A stretch of 64,000 bases of DNA from an uncultured Lachnospiraceae bacterium (GTDB lineage: Bacteria > Bacillota > Clostridia > Lachnospirales > Lachnospiraceae), in the NCBI GenBank assembly GCA_910577735.1, contig CAJTOO010000015.1:16074-80073 (forward strand), read 5' to 3'. The position numbers and the translations under genes were made by a program. Below are positions 19,586 to 28,589 of the stretch, piece after piece. Under the pieces are notes generated by a model, which was not told the DNA's origin, searched no databases, and saw only the letters and a program-made list of their open reading frames with translations. Each line of letters begins with the position of its first letter. The stretch's first letter is position 1.

Positions 19586-20917
19586 ATGCAGATACAGCTG
19601 CCGGACAAAGTGCATAAAATCATAAATACCCTGGAAGCGGCAGGTTATGAAGCCTATGCTGTGGGCGGCTGTGTGCGGGATTCCATTCTGGGCAGAAAGC
19701 CCGATGACTGGGATATTACGACCCTGGCCAAACCGGAAGAGATCAAACGCCTCTTTCCGAGGACGATTGATACCGGCATCCGTCATGGTACGGTAACAGT
19801 CATGCTGGATAAAGAAGGATTTGAGGTCACGACCTATCGGATTGACGGGGATTATGAGGATGGCAGACATCCCAAAGAGGTTACCTTTACAGCCAGCCTT
19901 GAGGAAGATTTAAAGCGCCGTGATTTTACGATCAATGCCATGGCTTACAATGAGCATCAGGGATTGGTGGATCTATATGGCGGACTTGCAGATATGGAAG
20001 CGGGTATGATCCGCTGTGTGGGAGATGCGAAAGAGCGGTTTACGGAGGACGCCCTTCGTATGATGCGGGCGGTTCGTTTTTCGGCCCAGCTGGGGTACCG
20101 TATTGAGGAAGCCACGAAAACGGCAATCACTGCACTTGCGCCTGATTTGCAGAAGATCAGTGCGGAGCGGATTCAGGCGGAACTTATCAAACTGGTGATA
20201 TCTGCGCACCCTGACTATCTCAGAATTGCCTATGAAACAGGTATTACGGCACAGATTCTTCCGGAATTTGACCTCTGCATGGAGACACCGCAGAATAATC
20301 CGCATCATTGTTATACTGTAGGCGAGCATATTTTACACGCTATGCAGGCCATAGAGCCTGACAAGGTATTGCGGCTTGGCATGCTGTTTCATGATATTGG
20401 CAAACCGCAGACCATGACAGTGGACGAAGAAGGCATTACGCACAATAAGAAACATCCTGCCGTGGGTGCAGAAATGACAAAGAAGATTCTGCGGCGGTTA
20501 AAGTTCGATAACGATACCACAGAGAAAGTGGTTAAACTGGTACTGTATCATGATCAGGATATCGGTGCAACCCAGGCAGGCGTCAGACGGGCCATGAACC
20601 GTATCGGAGAAGATATTTTTCCGATGCTGTTTGCGGTGCACAGAGCAGACATCAGCGCTCAGAGTGATTATATGAGAGAAGAGAAACTGCGGAAATTTTC
20701 TTACATAGAAGAATTGTATGATACGGTCCGCAGCCAGGGCGATGCAGTGAGTTTAAAGGATCTTGCCATCACGGGCAGGGATCTGATTGCCCAGGGTATG
20801 AAGCCGGGCAGAGAGATAGGAGCGGTATTACAGAGTCTGCTGGAACAGGTACTTGAAGACCCTTCGCTCAATACGCCGGAGCAGCTGTTAGAGATCAGTA
20901 AGAAAATTGTCACATGA
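19586..20917 (+). CDS. cca: CCA-adding tRNA nucleotidyltransferase (PolyA-pol head plus HD domain)
   Basis: GGCVRDSILGRKPDDWDITT, RRDFTINAMA and the HD motif LFHDIGKP. ATG 19586 follows AAGGAGA. Confidence 0.9.
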   Translation: MQIQLPDKVHKIINTLEAAGYEAYAVGGCVRDSILGRKPDDWDITTLAKPEEIKRLFPRTIDTGIRHGTVTVMLDKEGFEVTTYRIDGDYEDGRHPKEVTFTASLEEDLKRRDFTINAMAYNEHQGLVDLYGGLADMEAGMIRCVGDAKERFTEDALRMMRAVRFSAQLGYRIEEATKTAITALAPDLQKISAERIQAELIKLVISAHPDYLRIAYETGITAQILPEFDLCMETPQNNPHHCYTVGEHILHAMQAIEPDKVLRLGMLFHDIGKPQTMTVDEEGITHNKKHPAVGAEMTKKILRRLKFDNDTTEKVVKLVLYHDQDIGATQAGVRRAMNRIGEDIFPMLFAVHRADISAQSDYMREEKLRKFSYIEELYDTVRSQGDAVSLKDLAITGRDLIAQGMKPGREIGAVLQSLLEQVLEDPSLNTPEQLLEISKKIVT

Positions 20918-20979
20918 AAATCATACTTTTCCCCTGCTATTCATAAGATAAGATAGACGACAAAGCGGGGGGTATTCTT

Positions 20980-21957
20980 GTGAATGACAGAGCTGTCAGT
21001 TTATTGGAGCAATATGAGATAGAAGTGAATCGTACTTGGAAAGGCCGTGGGGCCATTCTGTGCGATTCGAACCGGGGGCTGCTTATTATGAAAGAGTATA
21101 GCGGGCCGGTTGATAAAGTAAGATTTCAGGATTTCCTGTTAAAACATATCAATGGGAGCGGTGCGGTACGGGTGGAGTCTATTCTGCGCACGAAGGAAGA
21201 TGAACTGATCGTCTGTGACCAGGACAGAGTGCCCTACATCGTAAAGACCTACTGTGAAGGCAGGGAATGCGATCACCGGAACATGGATGAATGCTGTAAT
21301 GCCGTATATACTTTGGCTGCTCTTCATAAGATCTGTCATCTGGCAGACTGTGAAGAAATACAGGATCAACCGGTGTTTCGGATAGAAAGTGAATATGAAA
21401 AGCATAATCGTGAGCTGAAAAAAGTACAGAAATTTCTTCAAAAAAAGAGCCAGAAAACGGATTTTGAAATATATTTAATGAAACATTATGATTATTTTAT
21501 GGATATTGCCTTGCAAATTACCGGGGATTTGGGGTATTATGCCTATGGAGAGAATTCTTATTCATTTCCCGTAGTGTGCCATGGCGATTACCAGTACCAT
21601 AATATTCTGCAGACGGAGAATGGCAGTGTGCTCATCAACTTTGAAAAATGCGTCAGAGATCATCCGGTCAGAGACCTGTATTTGTTCATGCGCAAACTGC
21701 TGGAAAAAAATAATTGGTCGCAGACTCTTGGGAATATGCTTCTGGAGAGTTATAATAGAGAAAAGCCTCTCTCGGATCAGGATTACAGACAGCTGTATTT
21801 CCGTTTCGCCTATCCGGAAAAGTTCTGGAAGATTGTGAATTTCTATTACAACAGCGGCAAGGCATGGATACCGGGAAGAAATATGGAAAAGATAGAGAAA
21901 TTATTTGCGCAGGAAGAAGAGAAAAAGCTTTTCCTGAAAAATGTATTTCCCTTATAA
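20980..21957 (+). CDS. cotS: CotS-family spore coat protein / aminoglycoside-phosphotransferase-like kinase
   Basis: Kinase-like catalytic region VCHGDYQYHNIL ... INFEKC, 325 aa, with a GTG start after a GGGGGG RBS. Confidence 0.75.
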   Translation: MNDRAVSLLEQYEIEVNRTWKGRGAILCDSNRGLLIMKEYSGPVDKVRFQDFLLKHINGSGAVRVESILRTKEDELIVCDQDRVPYIVKTYCEGRECDHRNMDECCNAVYTLAALHKICHLADCEEIQDQPVFRIESEYEKHNRELKKVQKFLQKKSQKTDFEIYLMKHYDYFMDIALQITGDLGYYAYGENSYSFPVVCHGDYQYHNILQTENGSVLINFEKCVRDHPVRDLYLFMRKLLEKNNWSQTLGNMLLESYNREKPLSDQDYRQLYFRFAYPEKFWKIVNFYYNSGKAWIPGRNMEKIEKLFAQEEEKKLFLKNVFPL

Positions 21958-22010
21958 TTGATATACAGGGCATGGATGGATAGTGGCTGCCCTGACAATG
22001 GAGGAGCAGA

Positions 22011-24374
22011 ATGCACAGAAGATTTCTAAGCACGGTTGCAATGTTGATGGCGATGACGCTTTGTCTGACGGGTTGTACTTCGGAGGCCAGCAATGTGGGC
22101 GTAGCAAAGGATAAAGATCAGGCAATGGATACGGGGTTTACCGCGTCTACAGCGGGCAGTTATGATTCGGCGGATACGGCAGTGGTCACTACCATAGACC
22201 AGGAAAACAGCGCTGCGGTCTTTATGAATATGGAGACGGGCAGACAGTATACGCTGTATTATGACGGAACCACCTATGTGAAAGATAAACATGACGGTCC
22301 CATGACCATTTCCCAGATTAAACCGGGAGATGTGGTGGATGTTACTTTCCTGAAAGGTAAGAAACATCTTGCCAGCATTAAACGTTCCCCCCAGGCATGG
22401 GTGTATGATGAAATCCAGAATTATGATCTGGGCGGCCCTAATAAAACTGCCAGTATTGGTTCTTCTACCTATGCCCTTCCGGATGATGTGGTAGTTTTGT
22501 CGGAGGGAGAACGCTCGGAAGTCATGGATGTGGTGGCGCAGGATGTGCTCACGGTCTCCGGCATTGATCACAAAATTTACAGCATCAGTGTGGAGAGAGG
22601 GCATGGTTATCTGCGTTTGAAGAATGACCAGGCGCTGATTGGCGGCTGGATTGAGGTGGGCAACAGCGTAATCCGGGAGATTACCGAGGATATGCTCTTA
22701 GTGGTACCGGAGGGGAGTTACCAGGTACTTTTGTCCAATTATGGTACCAGCGGAACCAAGGATGTGGTGATTGAGCGCGATAAAGAAGTCGTGCTTGATG
22801 TGGGTGACTTAGAGATTACAGAGAATAAAACAGGCCGGATTCTTTTCAATGTGACACCGGATACGGCCAAAGTCTCTATAGACGGCAAGGTTGTGGATAT
22901 CAGCAAGGCGATAGAACTTCCTTACGGGATTCATCAGGTGCATCTGGAAGCCAGAGGATATGATTCTCTCACAAAATATATCCAGGTGGGATCTGAATTT
23001 GCCACGATTTCCTTTGAACTTGAGGAAGAACGGGATGACGACGAGAGACGTACGGTCAGCAACAATACTATAGAAGATACGTATAAGCCAAGAGAGCCTG
23101 TACAGAATACAAACAACGAAAGTCTCAGCGAGAATGCGCTGAAACCTAAGAGCGGGAACAGAGTCTATATAGATGGCCCTAAGAATGTGGAAGTATATTT
23201 AGACAATAATTATGTTGGTATTTCGCCGGTTAGTTTTAAGAAGACGGTGGGAAGTCATACGATTACCCTTCGCAAGAGCGGCTATAAGACCAAGAGTTAT
23301 ACAATCTATCTCTACAATGATGGGGAAGACATTACCTATTCCTTCCCGGAGCTGCTGCAGGAGACGGTCAGCGGGAATACTACGAAGCCAGGTGGTTCGG
23401 ATTCCAATAATGGGTCGGTCAGTGAAAATTCGCTGGTTAAAGTTCACATTGAAGAGCCGGAAGGTGTGGAAGTATTTGTGGAAGAAGATGAGAACAAAAG
23501 TGTTTTGATAGGAACTTCACCGTGTAGCTTTGAAAGAGAAGCTGGACAGTATAAAATTACCTTGTCTAAAGAAGGTTACGAGTCGAAAGATTATTTAATT
23601 CACTTATATGGTAATAGAAAAGATGTAACGTACAGATTGGAACCGTTGAAAGAAAATAATACAGGAGAGAAAGAAAAGAAAAATATAAGAATTATAATTA
23701 GCCCAGAAGAAGTAAATAAAAAAGTTTTCATAGATGACAAATCTTATGATGTAACTAATAGAATAGACGTAGAATTGGAATATGGTAAACATAAGATTAA
23801 AATAGAAGCAGAAGGGTATATAACGATTGAGGATACTTTTAAGGTTGATGCAGAAAGTAAAGAAGAGTTGTCTTATGAATTAGAAGTAGATTCTGATGAT
23901 AATGGGAATCAGAATAACGGCAATAATTCGGGTGAAGGTGAAAATCAAGGTAGTACGGAAGATTCTGATGGAGATGGAGAGCAAGGTAACACAGAAGGAT
24001 CCGATGGAGATGGAGAACAGGGTAACACAGAAGGATCCGATGGGGATGGAGAACAGGGTAACACAGAAGGATCCGGCGGAGATGGAGAACAGGGTAACAC
24101 AGAAGGATCCGGCGGAGATGGAGAACAGGGTAATACAGGGGGTTCCAGCGGAGATGGAGAGCAAGGCAATACAGAGAGTTCTGATGGAGGTGGAGACCAG
24201 GATAACATAGAAGGTTCTGGTGGAGATGGAAATCAGGGTAATACAGAAGGTTCCGGTGGAAATATAAATCAAGGTGATGGAAATAATTCAGGCCATAATA
24301 AAGATCAGAAAACTGTTCAGATAACCACCACCGAAAGAATCGTACAAAACAGCAATTCCCGGCGCAAACGCTAA
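22011..24374 (+). CDS. PEGA-domain surface lipoprotein with a C-terminal acidic Gly/Asp/Glu repeat tail
   Basis: Lipobox LTGCTS. Four or more PEGA-like modules (ARGYDSLTKYIQV, KSGYKTKSYTIYL, KEGYESKDYLIHL, AEGYITIEDTFKV), followed by about 9 copies of the DGDGEQGNTEGS repeat. Confidence 0.85.
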   Translation: MHRRFLSTVAMLMAMTLCLTGCTSEASNVGVAKDKDQAMDTGFTASTAGSYDSADTAVVTTIDQENSAAVFMNMETGRQYTLYYDGTTYVKDKHDGPMTISQIKPGDVVDVTFLKGKKHLASIKRSPQAWVYDEIQNYDLGGPNKTASIGSSTYALPDDVVVLSEGERSEVMDVVAQDVLTVSGIDHKIYSISVERGHGYLRLKNDQALIGGWIEVGNSVIREITEDMLLVVPEGSYQVLLSNYGTSGTKDVVIERDKEVVLDVGDLEITENKTGRILFNVTPDTAKVSIDGKVVDISKAIELPYGIHQVHLEARGYDSLTKYIQVGSEFATISFELEEERDDDERRTVSNNTIEDTYKPREPVQNTNNESLSENALKPKSGNRVYIDGPKNVEVYLDNNYVGISPVSFKKTVGSHTITLRKSGYKTKSYTIYLYNDGEDITYSFPELLQETVSGNTTKPGGSDSNNGSVSENSLVKVHIEEPEGVEVFVEEDENKSVLIGTSPCSFEREAGQYKITLSKEGYESKDYLIHLYGNRKDVTYRLEPLKENNTGEKEKKNIRIIISPEEVNKKVFIDDKSYDVTNRIDVELEYGKHKIKIEAEGYITIEDTFKVDAESKEELSYELEVDSDDNGNQNNGNNSGEGENQGSTEDSDGDGEQGNTEGSDGDGEQGNTEGSDGDGEQGNTEGSGGDGEQGNTEGSGGDGEQGNTGGSSGDGEQGNTESSDGGGDQDNIEGSGGDGNQGNTEGSGGNINQGDGNNSGHNKDQKTVQITTTERIVQNSNSRRKR
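23931..24278 (+). repeat. In-frame 36-bp tandem repeat, about 9.7 units, inside the PEGA lipoprotein gene
   Basis: The unit is GATGGAGATGGAGAACAGGGTAACACAGAAGGATCC. Units starting at 24003, 24039, 24075 and 24111 are nearly identical. The flanking units are progressively degenerate. Confidence 0.92.
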
Positions 24375-24436
24375 GGAAAGGCAGTCTGTGCAGAATTAAG
24401 CAGTAAATATATTACCGCTCGGTAAGAGGAGCACTC

Positions 24437-25141
24437 ATGGCAGACAAAAAATATACATACGAGGAATTTCTCGATATCATTAAAATGCTCAGAAGTGAAA
24501 ATGGCTGTCCCTGGGATAAGGTACAGACCCATGAGAGTTTAAAACCCTGTATGATGGAAGAGGCGGCAGAATTGCTCGCCTCTATCCGCATTTATGACCA
24601 GACAGGCAATCCCGAAAATATGATAGAAGAACTGGGAGACGTTCTTTTGCAGGTAGTCATGCATGCCCAGATTGCTTCGGAGGAAGGACTTTTTACCATG
24701 GAAGATGTGGTGGATGAGGTCAGCCGTAAGATGGTGAGACGCCATCCTCATGTATTTGGGACAGGCAGTGCGGACACGCCTGATGAAGTGCTTGTGAACT
24801 GGGAGGAAATCAAGAAGGAAGAGAAGAAAGACAAAGACTGGGTGGAATCTCCTTTAAGGGAAATTCCCAAAGAACTGCCGGCACTGACGAGGGCCACGAA
24901 AGTTTTAAAGAAGATTGACAAATATTACGAGAAGGGCAGTACTTATGAACAGGATGTGGCGGCATTGCAGGAGGCGGTAAATGCCCTGAAATCCTGTAAA
25001 CCTTCTGAATATGACAAGGAACTTAGTAATATTATGGCGGGTATGCTTATGCGGTTGAGCGATATTGCCAGAATAGGAAAAATATCCCAGGAGCAGATTT
25101 TGTCGGATGTAATAGACGATTTAATTGAGAAATATGAGTGA
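24437..25141 (+). CDS. mazG: MazG-family nucleoside triphosphate pyrophosphohydrolase
   Basis: EEAAELLASI ... EELGDVLLQVVMHA ... RRHPHVF (EEXX(E/D) motifs), at the conserved position upstream of hup and yabO. Confidence 0.9.
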   Translation: MADKKYTYEEFLDIIKMLRSENGCPWDKVQTHESLKPCMMEEAAELLASIRIYDQTGNPENMIEELGDVLLQVVMHAQIASEEGLFTMEDVVDEVSRKMVRRHPHVFGTGSADTPDEVLVNWEEIKKEEKKDKDWVESPLREIPKELPALTRATKVLKKIDKYYEKGSTYEQDVAALQEAVNALKSCKPSEYDKELSNIMAGMLMRLSDIARIGKISQEQILSDVIDDLIEKYE

Positions 25142-25211
25142 ATTATCAGACAATATATCATATTGGATGCGAAATAGCATTAACATAGCAGGTACATAGT
25201 GTGGAAACCCG

Positions 25212-25238
25212 AAAAATGCCGTAAAAATGGCATTTTTT
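25212..25238 (+). terminator. Rho-independent terminator after mazG
   Basis: AAAAATGCC (GTAAAAAT) GGCATTTTTT. Confidence 0.7.
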
Positions 25239-25240
25239 GC

Positions 25241-25269
25241 TTGACAAGCCTAGAGAAAGCAGATATAAA
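25241..25269 (+). promoter_or_regulatory. Sigma-A-type promoter for hup
   Basis: TTGACA, a 17-nt spacer, then TATAAA, about 70 nt upstream of the hup ATG. Confidence 0.6.
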
Positions 25270-25338
25270 TATGTATAGACAGTTTCCGAGGAGAAACATC
25301 TAATAATATAAAGATTCATGAAACAGGAGGAGTGTAAA

Positions 25339-25614
25339 ATGAACAAAACAGAATTAGTAGCAGCTATGGCTGATCAGGCAGGCTTATCTAAAAAAGATGC
25401 AGAAAAGGCTTTAAAGGCATTTACAGATGTTGTTGCTGACGAGCTGAAGAAGGATGGTAAAGTACAGTTAGTTGGTTTTGGTACTTTTGAAGTTTCCAAG
25501 AGAGCAGCAAGAGAGGGTAGAAATCCTCAGAGCGGTGAGGTTATGAAGATTGCTGCTTCCAAGGCTCCTAAGTTCAAAGCTGGTAAGGCTCTGAAGGACA
25601 TGCTCAACGCATAA
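25339..25614 (+). CDS. hup: HU-family DNA-binding protein
   Basis: MNKTELVAAMA ... GFGTFEVSKRAAREGRNPQSGE ... PKFKAGKALKD. An AGGAGG RBS precedes it. Confidence 0.95.
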   Translation: MNKTELVAAMADQAGLSKKDAEKALKAFTDVVADELKKDGKVQLVGFGTFEVSKRAAREGRNPQSGEVMKIAASKAPKFKAGKALKDMLNA

Positions 25615-25632
25615 ATCTTTAAGAAGAGATAG

Positions 25633-25664
25633 AAAGCCTGTATGCATTGCATACGGGCTTTTTC
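25633..25664 (+). terminator. Rho-independent terminator after hup
   Basis: AAAGCCTGTATGCA / TGCATACGGGCTTT, about 13 bp, followed by a T-run. Confidence 0.8.
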
Positions 25665-25702
25665 AATATATAAAAGCAGCAAGCGTGAAAGGAATGGAAT
25701 CT

Positions 25703-25945
25703 ATGAGACTGGATAAATATTTAAAAGTATCGCGGCTGATCAAGCGCCGCACCGTAGCAAACGAGGCCTGTGATGCCGGGAGAGTTTTTATCAATGATAA
25801 GCCGGCGAAAGCTTCTGCCAATGTAAAAGCGGGTGATATCATCGCGATTCAGTTTGGAAATAAGGAAGTGAAAGTGGAGGTTTTAGATGTGCAGGAGACT
25901 GTGCGGAAGGAAGAGGCAAAAGAATTATTCCGTTATCTGACATAA
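25703..25945 (+). CDS. yabO: S4-domain RNA-binding protein (YabO/Hsp15-like)
   Basis: MRLDKYLKVSRLIKRRT ... GRVFINDKPAKAS S4 fold, with conserved synteny before yabP. Confidence 0.85.
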   Translation: MRLDKYLKVSRLIKRRTVANEACDAGRVFINDKPAKASANVKAGDIIAIQFGNKEVKVEVLDVQETVRKEEAKELFRYLT

Positions 25946-26008
25946 CAGGCATATTTCACAAAGATCAGACATACATTTAAGAAGTACCATAATCGTGGGA
26001 GGGCATGT

Positions 26009-26299
26009 ATGGAAGATCTGAATAATGGGAGCAGAAAACCTCACAAGTTAATGCTCACCAACAGAAGGACATGTACTATCAGTGGAGTGAATGATGTACT
26101 TTCCTTTGACGTGAACGAGATCTTGTTGGAGACAGAACAGGGTATGCTGATGATCAAGGGTAATGAACTGCATGTCAGCAGGCTCTCTCTGGATAAGGGG
26201 GAGGTGGATATCGACGGGAGGGTCGATAGTTTTACCTATTCAGAGAACGCAGGGTACGGTGCGAAAGGTGAATCCATACTGGCCAGACTGTTTAAATGA
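26009..26299 (+). CDS. yabP: Sporulation protein YabP
   Basis: HKLMLTNRRTCTISGVNDVLSFDVNEILLETEQGMLMIKGNELHV matches the YabP family pattern, and the synteny fits. Confidence 0.88.
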   Translation: MEDLNNGSRKPHKLMLTNRRTCTISGVNDVLSFDVNEILLETEQGMLMIKGNELHVSRLSLDKGEVDIDGRVDSFTYSENAGYGAKGESILARLFK

Positions 26300-26322
26300 G
26301 ATCTCGGGGGAAGTCATGAAAT

Positions 26323-26811
26323 ATGAGTCAGGAAATCATACAGGAGGTTACTTTTTTTCTACATTCTGTTATCATGGGTCTGCTCATTACATTTGTTTAT
26401 GACTGGATCCGGGTTCTCAGGAAACTGGCAAGGCATGGAAGCTTTCTGACGTCAGTGGAAGATTTTCTTTTTTGGCTGGCTTGCGGAATTGCTGTTTTCT
26501 ATATGCTTTATAAAGAAAACAATGGTGTCTTGAGATGGTTTGCAGTGGTGGGAGCTTCTCTTGGCATGCTTATATATAAAGCTGTTATCAGGGACCGATT
26601 TGTTCATGTTATGTCAACATGTATATACAAGATACTGTGGTTCATTTTCCGCGTCATACAAGTTGTGCTAAAACCGTTGAAATGGCTGTATTTAAGGGCA
26701 AAACGGCTTATGAAGTTTATTGCTAAAAAATTAAAAAAATGTCAAGAATTTGTAAAAAAGCGGTTGACGGTCTTCATAAAAAACCTTAAAATGGTTTTAT
26801 GTAAACGCTAA
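26323..26811 (+). CDS. yabQ: Spore cortex biosynthesis membrane protein YabQ
   Basis: Small polytopic membrane protein immediately after yabP, with a Lys-rich C-terminus. Confidence 0.8.
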   Translation: MSQEIIQEVTFFLHSVIMGLLITFVYDWIRVLRKLARHGSFLTSVEDFLFWLACGIAVFYMLYKENNGVLRWFAVVGASLGMLIYKAVIRDRFVHVMSTCIYKILWFIFRVIQVVLKPLKWLYLRAKRLMKFIAKKLKKCQEFVKKRLTVFIKNLKMVLCKR

Positions 26812-26842
26812 GGGGTGACAAGAGAGGGGTATCATTAACAGG

Positions 26843-27148
26843 ATGGCAAGAAAAGCAGCATATCGTAAAAAGCGCCAGAACAGAATGGGCATGCTTTTAG
26901 TTACCACAGTAGTGTTGATGATGTTGCTTGTGGTCACGGTCAAGAGTGTGGAGCTGCGTGAAAGACGCAGTACTTATATGGCGAGGGAAGAGGCCTTGTT
27001 GCAGGAAATCGAAGCGGAACAGGCCAGAACAGAAGAAATAGAAGAGTATGGAAAGTATACACAGACCAAGAAATTCGTGGAGGAAGTTGCCAAGGAGAAG
27101 CTGGGGCTGGTGTATGAAGGCGAGATAATATTTAAGGATGAAAAATAA
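26843..27148 (+). CDS. divIC: Septum formation initiator (DivIC/FtsB family)
   Basis: One N-terminal TM segment followed by a coiled coil (EALLQEIEAEQARTEEIEEY), with a C-terminal KEKLGLVYEGEIIF. The synteny fits. Confidence 0.85.
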   Translation: MARKAAYRKKRQNRMGMLLVTTVVLMMLLVVTVKSVELRERRSTYMAREEALLQEIEAEQARTEEIEEYGKYTQTKKFVEEVAKEKLGLVYEGEIIFKDEK

Positions 27149-27152
27149 GCAG

Positions 27153-27183
27153 ATTCCAGGCGTGTTCTGGAATTTGTTTTTTT
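27153..27183 (+). terminator. Rho-independent terminator after divIC
   Basis: ATTCCAG (GCGTGTT) CTGGAAT followed by TTGTTTTTTT. Confidence 0.75.
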
Positions 27184-27302
27184 AACATAAGGCTTTTGGG
27201 CAAAAGCCCTGCATTCGTTGTTGATATTGGGAAATTCCTCCGCTTGTGGGAATATAATGGACAACCCTCTCATATATTAATATGAGAATAGGGAGGCATA
27301 TC

Positions 27303-28541
27303 ATGAAAAAACAGGCGGAAATCAGGGATGATAACAGGATAGAGATTATACCGGAATATGGCAGGCAGAAGCTTCTGACTTATGCGGAGTCTTTCAGGGA
27401 TCTGGCGGATTTGTTTGAAGAAGAGGAAGCAGAACAGGAACAGCTGTCAGAACCGCCGAATCGGCAGGAATATCTGTGGCAGAGGAAGCTGCAGGAGAAC
27501 CAGGGACTTCTGGCGGAGCATCTGAAGGAAATGGCTCATATTATGGCCAAAATAGCCAAAGAGACCTGTCGCTGCCGGCCCATGGGAGAGCGGCGGTTTA
27601 AGCAGATGTCCAGACTGCTTCGGGAATCAGGCATTCAGCTTAAAAACTTTTTTGAGATGGAGCATGAGGACGGACATTGGGAAATCAGTCTGACCATGCG
27701 TAATTTGGGGGAAAAGCGTATCAGGGCTGGTGAGAGTGAACATATTTCCACGGAAGATGTGGCAGACTTTATATCAGTGGCCATGAATACCAGGCTGTGT
27801 CCGTCCAAAAATTCACCCATGTATCTTACCAAAGAGTACAATACATATTATTTTCTGGAAGAGCCGCCGTATCACTTGCTGACAGGATTTGCCAAGGCAG
27901 TGAAAGAGGGAGAGAAGATGTCGGGAGACAACTATTCCTTCTATGAGGCAGATACAGGTAAACTGGTGGTGATCTTATCGGACGGTATGGGTTCTGGTGA
28001 AATGGCAAACCGGGATTCCGGGCGGGTGATTGAAATGATGGAACGTCTTTTAGAAGCAGGTTTTGCCAAGGAATCGGCAGTGCAGATGATCAATGGTGCA
28101 CTTGCGGCAGCAGGACAGGAGCAGAACATGTCAACGCTGGATATCTGCAGTATGGATCTGTATTCCGGGGAGTGCGAGTTCGTTAAAGTAGGGGCAGCCT
28201 GTACCTATATCAAAAGAGGTCATCTGGTGGACAGGCTGTCTGCACAGAATCTGCCCCTTGGGGTATTTCAGCAGATTGAACCTGAGGTGATGAGCCGGAC
28301 ATTACAGAATGGCGACTATGTGATCATGCTTTCGGATGGGGTGCTGGATGCCTTATCCCAGGGACTGGGGGAAGAAATACTGCCGGAAATTATAGGCAGG
28401 ATGGAGTATACGAACCCCAATGAGATGGCGAACCAGATTCTGGCATATTGTATCAAACAGAGTAAGGGACAGATCCGGGATGACATGACAGTGCTGGTGA
28501 CAGGTATTTGGGACCAGTCGGAGGATGACGGTTTCTTGTAA
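27303..28541 (+). CDS. spoIIE: SpoIIE-family PP2C protein phosphatase lacking the N-terminal multi-TM domain
   Basis: PP2C/SpoIIE domain (SGDNYSFYEADTGKLVVILSDGMGSGEMA ... IMLSDGV ... DDMTVLV). It sits at the syntenic spoIIE position between divIC and tilS. I see no hydrophobic TM segment anywhere in its 412 aa. ATG 27303 follows GGGAGG. Confidence 0.8.
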   Translation: MKKQAEIRDDNRIEIIPEYGRQKLLTYAESFRDLADLFEEEEAEQEQLSEPPNRQEYLWQRKLQENQGLLAEHLKEMAHIMAKIAKETCRCRPMGERRFKQMSRLLRESGIQLKNFFEMEHEDGHWEISLTMRNLGEKRIRAGESEHISTEDVADFISVAMNTRLCPSKNSPMYLTKEYNTYYFLEEPPYHLLTGFAKAVKEGEKMSGDNYSFYEADTGKLVVILSDGMGSGEMANRDSGRVIEMMERLLEAGFAKESAVQMINGALAAAGQEQNMSTLDICSMDLYSGECEFVKVGAACTYIKRGHLVDRLSAQNLPLGVFQQIEPEVMSRTLQNGDYVIMLSDGVLDALSQGLGEEILPEIIGRMEYTNPNEMANQILAYCIKQSKGQIRDDMTVLVTGIWDQSEDDGFL

Positions 28542-28589
28542 GACGGATTTCATATGCCGGGAAGAGAGCGAAGAAGGCAGATAAGACAT

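Noticed and set aside
23880-24272. Three alternative-frame or antisense ORFs (23880-24272 on the - strand, 23896-24210 on the + strand, 23945-24208 on the - strand) with repetitive products. I also considered whether the regular repeats could be a CRISPR array.
   Set aside because: They are artefacts of the 36-bp tandem repeat, which stays open in several frames. The array is not CRISPR. The units are directly adjacent with no unique spacers, they are in frame within a lipoprotein gene, and no cas genes are present.
27184-27302. Possible Spo0A boxes and a sigma-A promoter (TATAAT at 27254-27259 with a poor -35) upstream of the spoIIE-like gene.
   Set aside because: Only a partial TTCGTTG match to the 0A-box consensus (TTCGNCA) is present. 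That is too degenerate to report as a site without comparative data.
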